DNA of 64,000 nucleotides from a bacterium (GCA_023267635.1 JAHFMX010000002.1:21307-85306), one strand, 5' to 3'; shown: positions 10,561 to 19,295, counted from the first letter of the stretch. Notes: generated by a model not told the origin, from the sequence alone. Numbers and translations are program-made.

Positions 10561-11619
10561 ATGGTGAACAACAAAATACAATTACAGTTTCTTGTAATAA
10601 TTCTTTCTGGAACACTTCTTTTGTCTCTCTTTATCCTAAGCCCTTTCCTGGCACCACTTGTGCTTGCGGTTGTATTTGCGGTTGTACTTCATCCAATATA
10701 TAGAAAAATAGTAAGTAGCGTCGGTAATAGAAAAGCTTTAGCTGCGGCAATTACCGTCTTTTTAAGTTTTGTTTGTATCCTTATTCCATTTATATTCTTA
10801 GGAAGTCAGATATTTAATGAAGCAGTTCAACTATACGGTTCTTTCACACAAGAAAATAACAAGCAAAATCTTATTCTTATAGTAATAGACAGTGCTGGTA
10901 AATTTTTTGAAAACGTTTTACCTGGAACTGGTAGTTTCTTTGTAAACCTTTCTGATAATCTTGATTTTTATATTAAGCAAGGACTTACTTGGCTTATCAA
11001 TCATTTGGGTGTAGCGCTATCAAGTATTTCTTCTTTACTGTTAGGTTTATTTATTTTCTTGATTTCATTTTATTATTTACTCTTAGACGGACCAAGCTTA
11101 GAGCAAGCAATCATTAAACTAAGTCCACTTAATGACGAAGATGACAAAATTGTTTTTAACCGCCTCAGTTCTGCCATTAACTCAGTTGTTAAAGGAAGCC
11201 TCCTCATCGCTCTTATACAAGGAATTTTGACAGCTATTGGTTTTACTATTTTTGGTATTCCAAATGCTGTATTGTGGGGAACAGTTGCTGTTATTGCAGC
11301 TCTTATTCCTGGTATAGGCACCTCACTTGTACTACTACCTGGGGTTATCTTTCTGTTTGTTGTAGGAAGTCCTCTTTCAGCTATTGGCCTTATTGTGTGG
11401 GGATCACTTGCCGTCGGTCTTATTGATAACACGTTATATCCAAAATTAGTTGGTAATAGTTTACAGTTACATCCATTATTTGTACTGCTATCTGTTTTGG
11501 GCGGTATCACACTATTTGGGCCAATTGGTATTTTCTTAGGACCAATAACAATAAGTTTACTGTTTGCCTTCATTTATATTTATTCAATTTTTATGAATAA
11601 TTCAAAAGTTTTAAAGTAG
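10561..11619 (+). CDS. AI-2E family transporter
   Basis: Multi-TM; IDN.LYPKLVG, LHPLFVLLSVLGG..LFGPIGIFLGP. Confidence 0.9.
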   Translation: MVNNKIQLQFLVIILSGTLLLSLFILSPFLAPLVLAVVFAVVLHPIYRKIVSSVGNRKALAAAITVFLSFVCILIPFIFLGSQIFNEAVQLYGSFTQENNKQNLILIVIDSAGKFFENVLPGTGSFFVNLSDNLDFYIKQGLTWLINHLGVALSSISSLLLGLFIFLISFYYLLLDGPSLEQAIIKLSPLNDEDDKIVFNRLSSAINSVVKGSLLIALIQGILTAIGFTIFGIPNAVLWGTVAVIAALIPGIGTSLVLLPGVIFLFVVGSPLSAIGLIVWGSLAVGLIDNTLYPKLVGNSLQLHPLFVLLSVLGGITLFGPIGIFLGPITISLLFAFIYIYSIFMNNSKVLK

Positions 11620-11681
11620 GAACAGATCAGAGTTTAGTGGGTAAATTTAAAGAAATATTTTTTATTCCCCTAAACAGGGAA

Positions 11682-11789
11682 ATGGTGGCAAATAAAGATA
11701 CAGAAAAGATTGCACGAGTTACCCAAGCGTTTCTTCAGATGAAAAAGTTTGATATTAAAAAGCTGGAAGAAGCAGCTGAAGGAAAATAA
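11682..11789 (+). pseudogene. C-terminal remnant of a VOC/PhnB-like protein
   Basis: MVANKDTEKIARVTQAFLQMKKFDIKKLEEA resembles the C-terminus of PhnB-like VOC proteins; rest of gene absent. Confidence 0.55.
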
Positions 11790-11827
11790 GTAAGCAAATA
11801 AAATAGCTTTATTTCTTGTTTTATAAA

Positions 11828-12676
11828 CTATCTCGCGTGATTGATTCGAGGAGTATCATCTCTGTCAGAGGTGCGTTCTTCCCAAGAAAGTTTTCCTCGA
11901 ACTGCTGTCACGTCTGTTTCTTCAAGTTTCGCAAGAAATGCTGCGAGCATATCTATACTCACAACATCAATTAAGAAATATTCATTACGAGTATTTCTAT
12001 CTTTATCAATGTGGGCATAATTTACTTCTAGTTGAAATGGTTCTGTGATTCGTTCAGTTTTACCAGTGTCGTCTGCCATATCTGTTCTATAAAAGTGCTC
12101 AAATGAATTTACAACAATAATCGGATAAGGAACATATTGTAGAACTCTTTCTCGACGGTTAGCTTCAGGCGGTATTAAGTCACTTTTATTTCGATAATAA
12201 ATTAGAGCGTTAAGATTCTGGTTTATTGCTTTACTTATTAGTTCGTTTTCTTCGCTCCTACTTTTCTCTGACGAGAAGAGTTTTGCCACAGGTACATCTT
12301 CAAAATAGTGAAGACCTTGAATATTAATATTGTCATTCGGATGAGCCATCCCCGTGTCAGTCATAATGCGATCTGTGGCTCTTGCTTTGTCTTTTTTATC
12401 AAACCAAAAAACTGTTGGGGCTGTGATGTATTTACACTCAACGAAAAGTCTCACATTAAGTGTGCCTAACCAGTTGGATACAAAAGCAGTTACATCAAAT
12501 TTCTTCTCAGCAATGATGTCGAGCTCTCTCGGCTTGTCTGTAAAGTTATCACTGTAGTATGGACTAACGACGGCTGTCCATTTTTCGCCACGAAGTAGCT
12601 TTACTACACGCGAATGGAAGCCGTTCCCACTCTTCTCCATAATTTCTTCAACTGCTGTTTTTTTCTTCTTTTCCAT
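11828..12676 (-). CDS. Hypothetical protein with PD-(D/E)XK nuclease-like motif
   Basis: RELDIIAEK...LFVECK pattern; AT-rich, next to tRNA-Ser 3' end. Confidence 0.55.
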   Translation of the reverse strand: MEKKKKTAVEEIMEKSGNGFHSRVVKLLRGEKWTAVVSPYYSDNFTDKPRELDIIAEKKFDVTAFVSNWLGTLNVRLFVECKYITAPTVFWFDKKDKARATDRIMTDTGMAHPNDNINIQGLHYFEDVPVAKLFSSEKSRSEENELISKAINQNLNALIYYRNKSDLIPPEANRRERVLQYVPYPIIVVNSFEHFYRTDMADDTGKTERITEPFQLEVNYAHIDKDRNTRNEYFLIDVVSIDMLAAFLAKLEETDVTAVRGKLSWEERTSDRDDTPRINHAR

Positions 12677-12729
12677 ATGCTTCTTATCTCAATCTTAACA
12701 CTAAACTAAAAGGTGTCGTTGGTATCTTT

Positions 12730-12812
12730 GCGGAGGCATATTCATAGTCGCTCTTCGCTCCTTGAAATGCACTGCGCAAATTATGCCCTCGGTAACCCGA
12801 GAGGCTAATTTG
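12730..12812 (-). repeat. tRNA-Ser 3'-linked structured repeat, copy A
   Basis: GCGGAGGC...TGCACTGCGCAAA...TTTGCGGAG shared with copies at 12926 and 54751. Confidence 0.65.
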
Positions 12813-12899
12813 CGGAGAATGTGAGATTCGAACTCACGGACCTAATAAAAGGTCGACGGTTTAGTAAACCGTTGGTTTAAACCACTCACCCAATTCTCC
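12813..12899 (-). tRNA. tRNA-Ser(ACT), unusual A34 anticodon
   Basis: Cloverleaf GGAGAAT/ATTCTCC, anticodon arm ACGGT-TTACTAA-ACCGT, long variable arm, GTTCGAATC, G73. Confidence 0.8.
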
Positions 12900-12925
12900 A
12901 TATTGGTTTCTTTTTTATTTCCTTT

Positions 12926-13006
12926 GCGGAGGCAGAATGTGGTCGTGGGTACACTTGCCATTCTGCACTGCGCAAAATCTGGTCGTGCTCCGCACTCGCG
13001 ATTTTG
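12926..13006 (-). repeat. tRNA-Ser 3'-linked structured repeat, copy B
   Basis: Strongly similar to 54751-54831. Confidence 0.75.
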
Positions 13007-13093
13007 CGGAGACGGCGAGATTCGAACTCGCGAGGGATTTAACTCCCTGCCTCTTTAGCAAAGAGGTACGTTAGACCACTCTGACACGTCTCC
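13007..13093 (-). tRNA. tRNA-Ser(GCT)
   Basis: GGAGACG/CGTCTCC stem, CCTCT-TTGCTAA-AGAGG, long variable arm. Confidence 0.93.
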
Positions 13094-13289
13094 TAACGCC
13101 TTGTAAACTATGGTGTACCAAGTTTCCAAGTGATTTCTATACTACCATATTGAGGGTCTCTTCGCATCTGTAAGAATCCTCCTTCCTGAACGTCTCTACT
13201 GATATGAAACGACCACAAGAAGTGTTTTCTTTGTCGAGCAACTTTGCGCTGCTAACAATCATCAATTAACCATACTAACAGACATTTGC

Positions 13290-14321
13290 ATGAAAAAATT
13301 TACTAAACATTCTCTCGTGCTCGGACTTGCTCTCTCCTCAACTATCAGCTTAACAGGATTGTCCCTTTTTGCAGCAGGCCCAACGCCAGTAAATCTTTTA
13401 TCAGCAACTAACTTCGCCATTCTTGCAGGTTCAACCATAACCAACACAGGGTCAAGTGTGATTAACGGAGACATGGGATTAAGTCCTGGCACCTCTATCA
13501 CAGGGTTTCCACCTGGAACCTTAAACGGAACGCAGCATATCAATGATGCTACGGTTATACAGGCACAGAATGATTTAGTTACAGCATTTAATGCTGCCAA
13601 CCAAACACCAGTTTCTGTAGTACCTGCAGAACTTGGAGGAACAACAAAAACAACAGGCACCTACGAATCCGTAGATGGCTCATTTGCGATAACAGGAACA
13701 CTTACTCTTGATGCACAAAATGATCCTGATGCTGTCTTTATATTTAAATCAGCTTCTACACTCACTACCGCCGGGGCAAGTTCCATTGTTCTTCTTAATG
13801 GCGCACAGGCCTGTAACGTCATCTGGCAAGTTGGAAGCTCTGCGACACTTGGAACAAATTCTATTTTCAAAGGTACCATTGTTTCTTTAACATCTACTAC
13901 GATTACCACAGGAGCAAATGTTGAAGGGCGAGTGCTTGCACGTAATGGAGCTGTTACCGTAGATTCAAGCACGGTTACAAAACCAGTATGTGTTGCCGCT
14001 GTACCACCAGTCGTTACTCCAGTAGTAGTAGCGACATCCACTGTTGCCACAACAACAACAGCTACCACAACTAGTCCAGTGGTGACCACTACAGCCACAA
14101 GTACCCCTATCGTATTTGCAACCACAACAGTTGTTTTCGTTCCTCCAACAATCACACCTACAATAACTAGCCCAACGTTCACCATTTCTCCACAATTCCC
14201 AAATGCAGGAATGTCTCCTGAAGAAACGTCTCGGTACTGGGGCATCCTCAGTCTCGTTGTATCGTTATTCTCAGCTTCACTAGTAATTACACACCTCCAA
14301 AAAAGACAGCTGCTTCGCTAA
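13290..14321 (+). CDS. Ice-binding-like (DUF3494) surface protein with sortase sorting signal
   Basis: NFAILAGSTITNTG, GDMGLSPG, AVFIFK, NVIWQVGSSATLG, GRVLA; Thr/Pro stalk; FPNAG + TM + basic tail. Confidence 0.88.
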   Translation: MKKFTKHSLVLGLALSSTISLTGLSLFAAGPTPVNLLSATNFAILAGSTITNTGSSVINGDMGLSPGTSITGFPPGTLNGTQHINDATVIQAQNDLVTAFNAANQTPVSVVPAELGGTTKTTGTYESVDGSFAITGTLTLDAQNDPDAVFIFKSASTLTTAGASSIVLLNGAQACNVIWQVGSSATLGTNSIFKGTIVSLTSTTITTGANVEGRVLARNGAVTVDSSTVTKPVCVAAVPPVVTPVVVATSTVATTTTATTTSPVVTTTATSTPIVFATTTVVFVPPTITPTITSPTFTISPQFPNAGMSPEETSRYWGILSLVVSLFSASLVITHLQKRQLLR

Positions 14322-14328
14322 GTCGTGT

Positions 14329-14901
14329 ATGACTACAAAAAAGATACTTCCAGTAGCCCTTATCGGAATACTCTTTCTCTCTGCTCTCTTTGTTATACAT
14401 GTTATCTCTCCACCCTCGCCCGTATCGATGACAACACGTCCTGGGACACCCACACGTCTTATTATTCCGAACATACACATTGATGCCCACATTGAGCAAA
14501 TCGGACTCACAGCAGATGGTGCAATGGACACACCCAAAGAAACAAGTAACGTCGGCTGGTTCATGTTTGGATCTCGCCCAGGAGAAATAGGCACAGCTAC
14601 TATGGCAGGACACTCTGGTTGGAAAAATAATAAGCCTGTAGTATTTGATTCACTTTCAGACTTACAAGTGGGTGATCTTGTATACGTCGAAAATACTGAA
14701 AAAATAATACATACTTTTGTTGTACGAGAAATGAGAATCTATGACGAGAACGCCGATACTATCTCTGTATTCACTTCATCTGACGGTATCCCCCATCTTA
14801 ATTTAATTACATGCAATGGAACCTGGAATGCTGAAAAGAAAAGCTATTCTAATAGAATTGTCATATTTACAGACAAACTACCAAGTACTGACATGCAGTA
14901 G
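14329..14901 (+). CDS. Class F sortase
   Basis: PTRLIIP, VGWF, GHS, LNLITC, RIVIF. Confidence 0.9.
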   Translation: MTTKKILPVALIGILFLSALFVIHVISPPSPVSMTTRPGTPTRLIIPNIHIDAHIEQIGLTADGAMDTPKETSNVGWFMFGSRPGEIGTATMAGHSGWKNNKPVVFDSLSDLQVGDLVYVENTEKIIHTFVVREMRIYDENADTISVFTSSDGIPHLNLITCNGTWNAEKKSYSNRIVIFTDKLPSTDMQ

Positions 14902-14951
14902 TTTATTATAAAAATCTGAAATATACTGTACTCTTATACGTCATACATTAT

Positions 14952-15557
14952 ATGAAAAGAACAAATATACAGAACATCGCGATTATTACATTTATCGCTA
15001 TTTTAATTGGTACTGCAGGGTACCTCTTTTACGTGCGAAATGCTCCAGCTAAAATGAAGACGTACACAAACGTTACGTACGGTGTTTCTTTTGAATACCC
15101 AAAGGACTATCAACTTACTGAAACCACTCTTACTGAAGGACAGAAAGGAACAATGGTAACCATCCTTGAAAAAGGAGCTGACGTTCCAGAGGCTGGCGAA
15201 GGACCAACATCTATCTCAATCGGATTTTATGAAGGTACCGCAACCCCTGCTGCAAAAGAAAATACCCTTGATGCATGGATTAAGAATTCTCCATACTCAA
15301 ATTGGACGATTGCAAAACAAACAACCCCTGGTGTAACAGCTGTGGCTGACCAAAGCGCCCGACTCTACACATGGGACGGACTCTACCTTGGTACAACTGT
15401 TGTAACTCTCCACAAAGGAAACGTACTCATGTTTTCAGTAACATATGACGGTGAAACAGATTTAGAAAAACGTGAAGCTTTCACAAAACTTATCGCAAGC
15501 CTTAAGCTAACAGAACCAAACTCTACAGGAACTTCAACTGTTGGTGTGAGCTGGTAA
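14952..15557 (+). CDS. Membrane-anchored PsbP-like hypothetical protein
   Basis: N-terminal TM, TYTN..YGVSFEYPKDY, F.KLIASLKL. Confidence 0.6.
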   Translation: MKRTNIQNIAIITFIAILIGTAGYLFYVRNAPAKMKTYTNVTYGVSFEYPKDYQLTETTLTEGQKGTMVTILEKGADVPEAGEGPTSISIGFYEGTATPAAKENTLDAWIKNSPYSNWTIAKQTTPGVTAVADQSARLYTWDGLYLGTTVVTLHKGNVLMFSVTYDGETDLEKREAFTKLIASLKLTEPNSTGTSTVGVSW

Positions 15558-15631
15558 CACCTGTGTCACGCTGAAACGCAGCATGAAACAACAGAGGAAC
15601 GTTTATGGGTGTGGTATATACTAGGGGCATT

Positions 15632-15961
15632 ATGATACGAAAAAATACAAGAGAGTTTATTGAGTTTGTTCGCGAGAAAGGAGTACTCGGACTCGCAGTA
15701 GGTATTATCATGGGAGGTGCAATTACTAAGCTTGTGAATTCAATCGTAGAGAATCTTATCAATCCTTTCGTTGGAGCAATCACAGGAGCTGCAGGAAACT
15801 TAAGCGACATGTCCTACACTGTTCCCTACACAAGTATTATCTTTAAATGGGGAGCCTTTCTTTCTTCACTTATTGATTTCATAGCAATCGTAGCTGTTGT
15901 GTACTTTGTCTTTATGAAGACTCCTATTCTTTCAAAACTTGATAAGAAAAAGGAAGAATAA
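15632..15961 (+). CDS. mscL: Large-conductance mechanosensitive channel MscL family
   Basis: EFIEF...VLGLAVGIIMGGAITKLVNSIVENLINP, WGAFLSSLIDF. Confidence 0.88.
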   Translation: MIRKNTREFIEFVREKGVLGLAVGIIMGGAITKLVNSIVENLINPFVGAITGAAGNLSDMSYTVPYTSIIFKWGAFLSSLIDFIAIVAVVYFVFMKTPILSKLDKKKEE

Positions 15962-16044
15962 ATATCTGCCCAAAAATAACAAAACCGTCACTTGCGTGAC
16001 GGTTTTGTTTACTCTGGTATTGAGTATGAGACGAGTGATGTTTT

Positions 16045-16581
16045 TTAATCCATATCAGTCTCAATTTTTTTCATGATAGCGAGCACTTCGTCTGGATACG
16101 ATGGAAGCACAGTTCCGTTGTAATAATACAACTTCTCTTTTGTAGTGTTTCCGGCATAGTAACGCGCGGTCTTAGGGTTTCCACCTCCAAGGTTTTTACC
16201 GAGCGCTTCAATAGCCTGTTCGTAACTTGAGAAGTTACTTAGCTTACAAGATCCCCAACCGAATGGGTTATATCCACAAGCTGCTTTACCCCCAGATGAT
16301 TCGCGAATTCCGATTGCAGGAAGAAGTCTCCAATCAAGACCGTACTTTTCAGCCACAAGAACGAATGTCATTCCTGTACCGTGAAGGGGCATTGAACGCT
16401 CCTTAAAGTATGTATTAATTGCATCTGCCTTCTGCTGTCGTAAATCTTCAACCGATATTTCTACCTTTGTTACAGGTGTCGTATCGAGTGAGCCAATATG
16501 TGAAGCTAGTGAGACACTCGGGATGGCCATAAATGGAACAAACGCGAGGATCTGGCTAACCTTATAAATGTTTTTGATCAT
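16045..16581 (-). CDS. Glucosaminidase/lysozyme-like cell wall hydrolase
   Basis: Signal peptide; LDWRLLPAIGIRESSGG, NPFGWG; ATG 16581 preferred. Confidence 0.7.
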   Translation of the reverse strand: MIKNIYKVSQILAFVPFMAIPSVSLASHIGSLDTTPVTKVEISVEDLRQQKADAINTYFKERSMPLHGTGMTFVLVAEKYGLDWRLLPAIGIRESSGGKAACGYNPFGWGSCKLSNFSSYEQAIEALGKNLGGGNPKTARYYAGNTTKEKLYYYNGTVLPSYPDEVLAIMKKIETDMD

Positions 16582-16679
16582 AATTTCGGCAGTTATGCTC
16601 TGCCAACAGTACGTGGTCTGGAAAAAGAAGTGGGTAAAAATAAATACCAAGCAAATATTTACTAATAAAAGACTATATT

Positions 16680-16707
16680 TACTCGGTATTGACTACTTCA
16701 CTCTTAT
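16680..16707 (-). repeat. 28-bp motif, copy 1 (identical at 41764-41791)
   Basis: TACTCGGTATTGACTACTTCACTCTTAT exact repeat. Confidence 0.85.
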
Positions 16708-16713
16708 GTTGCA

Positions 16714-16742
16714 ATTGTAGCATACCTGAAACGACTTGTCAA
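16714..16742 (-). promoter_or_regulatory. Sigma-70 promoter TTGACA-17-TACAAT
   Basis: Near-consensus with extended TG, 6 nt upstream of the 28-bp motif. Confidence 0.7.
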
Positions 16743-16894
16743 GTAAAATACAACGATTTTGCCCTATTTGTCAAAAAATAGTCTCCAAAAAGCCTTATTT
16801 TATAAGGATTTCTTGCCAAAGCACCCAAAAATGCTAGAATAGTCAAATATTGAATCTTTTGAAGAAATTGAAGAAATGAGACCAATATGCCTTT

Positions 16895-16937
16895 GGCCCT
16901 ATCGTCCCTGCCTGCGCAGGCAGGTATCGGTTAGGAC
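16895..16937 (+). repeat. Copy of tRNA-Glu 5' 25 nt interrupted by an 18-bp perfect palindrome
   Basis: GGCCCTATCGTC[CCTGCCTGCGCAGGCAGG]TATCGGTTAGGAC versus tRNA at 17196. Confidence 0.9.
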
Positions 16938-16945
16938 AATCAACT

Positions 16946-17188
16946 ATGAATCACGTTTATTTTATTAAAAGTGAAATCAAGAATGATTGGATTTACGTTG
17001 GCTCTACTTCCAACCTGGAAAAACGACTAGAGCAACATAATAAAGGTGAAGTAAAATCAACAAAAGGACATAGACCTTTTACACTGATTTATACTGAAAC
17101 CTTTCTAACGATTGACGAAGCAAGAGCGCGAGAAAAGGAAATAAAGATGAAGAGAATTGAAAAAGAACGTATAATTAGATCACTTTAA
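16946..17188 (+). CDS. Small GIY-YIG nuclease family protein
   Basis: HVYFIKS, IYVGSTSNLEKRLEQHN, STK..RPF, EARAREKEIK. Confidence 0.9.
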   Translation: MNHVYFIKSEIKNDWIYVGSTSNLEKRLEQHNKGEVKSTKGHRPFTLIYTETFLTIDEARAREKEIKMKRIEKERIIRSL

Positions 17189-17195
17189 ATATCAT

Positions 17196-17267
17196 GGCCC
17201 TATCGTCTATCGGTTAGGACGTATCCTTCTCAAGGATAAAAGCAGAGTTCGACTCTCTGTAGGGTCA
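17196..17267 (+). tRNA. tRNA-Glu(CTC)
   Basis: GGCCCTA/TAGGGTC stem, TATCC-TTCTCAA-GGATA, GTTCGACTC. Confidence 0.92.
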
Positions 17268-17348
17268 CCTTCAACAGCTAGCACGAGAAGGGTGCTAGAA
17301 AGTAAAAACAGCGTCTAAAAAACGCTGTTTTTACTATGCTTTTTTACC

Positions 17349-17377
17349 TTGACTTTTTACTGCTTTTATGCTATTAT
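17349..17377 (+). promoter_or_regulatory. Sigma-70 promoter of DGR target gene
   Basis: TTGACT-17-TATTAT with extended TG. Confidence 0.55.
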
Positions 17378-17454
17378 TAAGTAGTCACAATCCGTGGCAC
17401 AATTGTTTCGGCAATGTAAACCGAGTTGAACTTTTACAATGGAGAGCTAACATC

Positions 17455-18399
17455 ATGACGATGCTTACTCAGCAAGAAAACGCAACCGAAGGTCAGCAAG
17501 AGCAAATCACCCGTGTTGCTGTCGACGCTGTCCGCAAGGCAGTAGCCGAATACTTCACGAAGCGGACACTGACGAAGGATGGTGCTCAAGCACTTCACGC
17601 AAACGGCAACAACATCGTTGCTGGCCTGCGTGACAAGGTCTTCGCCATGTACGACGAGATCACGGTCACCGACAAGTTCGCAGACGAAGAAATCAGCTCG
17701 AGCTACGTGTACCCGAAAGAGTACCGTGGTGTGAAGCCGATCGGCGCGCAGGTGGACATCTTGGCACAGGCTTTCGGTCTGTCACTCGGTTACACGAGCA
17801 ACTGGATCGAAAAGGTCTTGCCGACCTTGACGCTCCCCGAAGGAGCAGAAGGCTGGTTTGCCATCCCCTCGGTTGAAGCGATCGCAAAACGCCACTTCCC
17901 CGAAGTGACGGATCCTGTGGATCGCTATTGCCGTGCTGTCGAGCTCATCCTCGAAAAGCTCGGCAAGTCACGGTCGTTCTACAACTATCGTGAAGGCGAA
18001 ATCACGCCCCGTCAACTGCGTCAGCACGCACGGACCATCCACGCTCTCGACATCATCGTCGAACAGCAGAAGGGTGACATCCTGATCGTGCCTGCTCAGT
18101 TTGGAATGGGTCACCGTGGTCGCTCCGTTCGCCGTGCTCGTGAATGCTTCAAGGCAAACGAGTTCGGTCTCGGCGCTCTCGCTGTCGGCTCCATGGTGCT
18201 TACCCATCCCGAACGCTTCGTTCGTTGGGAACAGCTCCACACCGACTGCGCAGGTGACGAGTTCGCTCCGGGTGCGGTTGGCGAGTTCTGGGGCGCCCCG
18301 ATCTTCAGCTTCAGTGACGGCAAGCTCGAGTTCGGCACCGACGATGTGTCGTATGCGTGCGGCTACTGCGGTTCCGCCTCGGGGTTTCTTCCGCTGTGA
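17455..18399 (+). CDS. DGR target (variable) protein, C-terminal VR, probably CLec-like fold
   Basis: 3' end is the VR; ends GSASGFLPL; GGAG upstream of ATG 17455; GC-rich relative to neighbours. Confidence 0.85.
   Translation: MTMLTQQENATEGQQEQITRVAVDAVRKAVAEYFTKRTLTKDGAQALHANGNNIVAGLRDKVFAMYDEITVTDKFADEEISSSYVYPKEYRGVKPIGAQVDILAQAFGLSLGYTSNWIEKVLPTLTLPEGAEGWFAIPSVEAIAKRHFPEVTDPVDRYCRAVELILEKLGKSRSFYNYREGEITPRQLRQHARTIHALDIIVEQQKGDILIVPAQFGMGHRGRSVRRARECFKANEFGLGALAVGSMVLTHPERFVRWEQLHTDCAGDEFAPGAVGEFWGAPIFSFSDGKLEFGTDDVSYACGYCGSASGFLPL
18266..18393 (+). repeat. DGR variable region (VR)
   Basis: 128-bp ungapped match to 18767-18894; 18 mismatches, all opposite TR adenines. Confidence 0.95.
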
Positions 18400-18452
18400 T
18401 CCTTGGATCTTGGGGACTTGATTCTTTTGTTCCCTTGATTCTTGAATCCTTG

Positions 18453-18477
18453 AACGGCTCGCTTGCGAGCCGTTTTT
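18453..18477 (+). terminator. GC hairpin downstream of VR (DGR cis hairpin and/or terminator)
   Basis: AACGGCTCGC-TT-GCGAGCCGTT followed by T-run. Confidence 0.7.
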
Positions 18478-18766
18478 CTTTTGGCCGAAGGCCTCCGCAT
18501 ATTTTATATATTTGATATACTTATTAACGAGTCTAGGTTAGTGTATAGTAGTTCACGGATTGCTATCACCGAACTCTTTCTCCTATGAGAAATCACAATC
18601 AGATTTATAGTGATTACGGTTACTATAACAGTGTTGTTGCTCTAGAGATACTGCTTACTACTCTTCAAGACAAATGAGTAATCATGTTGTCAGATAAAAT
18701 ACAGAATCATGATTCATGTGCAATATCATGTTTCGTGGTTTGTGACATAGATGGAAAGTAGTAAAA

Positions 18767-18894
18767 CTCCGGATGCGGATGGCAAGTTCTGGAACGCCCC
18801 GATCTTCAACTTCAATGACGACAAGCTCAAGTTCAACACCAACGATGTGTCGAATGCGAACGACAACTACGGTTCCGCCTCGGGGTTTCTTCCG
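18767..18894 (+). repeat. DGR template region (TR)
   Basis: Non-coding copy with 31 adenines, all at codon positions 1-2 in the VR frame (AAC/AAT-rich). Confidence 0.95.
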
Positions 18895-18912
18895 AAGTAT
18901 CGATTAGCAAAG

Positions 18913-18942
18913 TAAAAGGTATCCTGTTTAGGATACCTTTTA
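18913..18942. terminator. 13-bp hairpin between TR and avd 3' end
   Basis: TAAAAGGTATCCT-GTTT-AGGATACCTTTTA. Confidence 0.7.
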
Positions 18943-18944
18943 AC

Positions 18945-19295
18945 TTACTTAGACATACTTGATTTTATCCACCCACCAAGCATTCGACCAATCTCATCAA
19001 TTATTCCTTGAAGTAAAGTATATTTCTTCATATCAAGACTTTTATTTTCTTTCATAAGACGAATAAAAAATCTTAATATATTAAGTCTTATGCTTGCCCT
19101 CTCAAGTAGATTATTCTTCTTTTCTTTGTAAGAATAGCTCGCTTCCAAAATAAGTTCTAAGATTTCGATGATTATATTTTCTGATCGTTCATATATCGAA
19201 AACCTTTCGTGTTTTGGGACTAATAATCTATATTCGTGGAATAGTTTATAGAGTTCGTGAATCTTTCTAAGTATAGGTACATCATTATCATTCAT
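18945..19295 (-). CDS. avd: DGR accessory variability determinant Avd (four-helix bundle)
   Basis: Basic 116-aa helical protein, PKHERF, LRFFIRL, IDEIGRMLGGWIKS; between TR and RT. Confidence 0.85.
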   Translation of the reverse strand: MNDNDVPILRKIHELYKLFHEYRLLVPKHERFSIYERSENIIIEILELILEASYSYKEKKNNLLERASIRLNILRFFIRLMKENKSLDMKKYTLLQGIIDEIGRMLGGWIKSSMSK

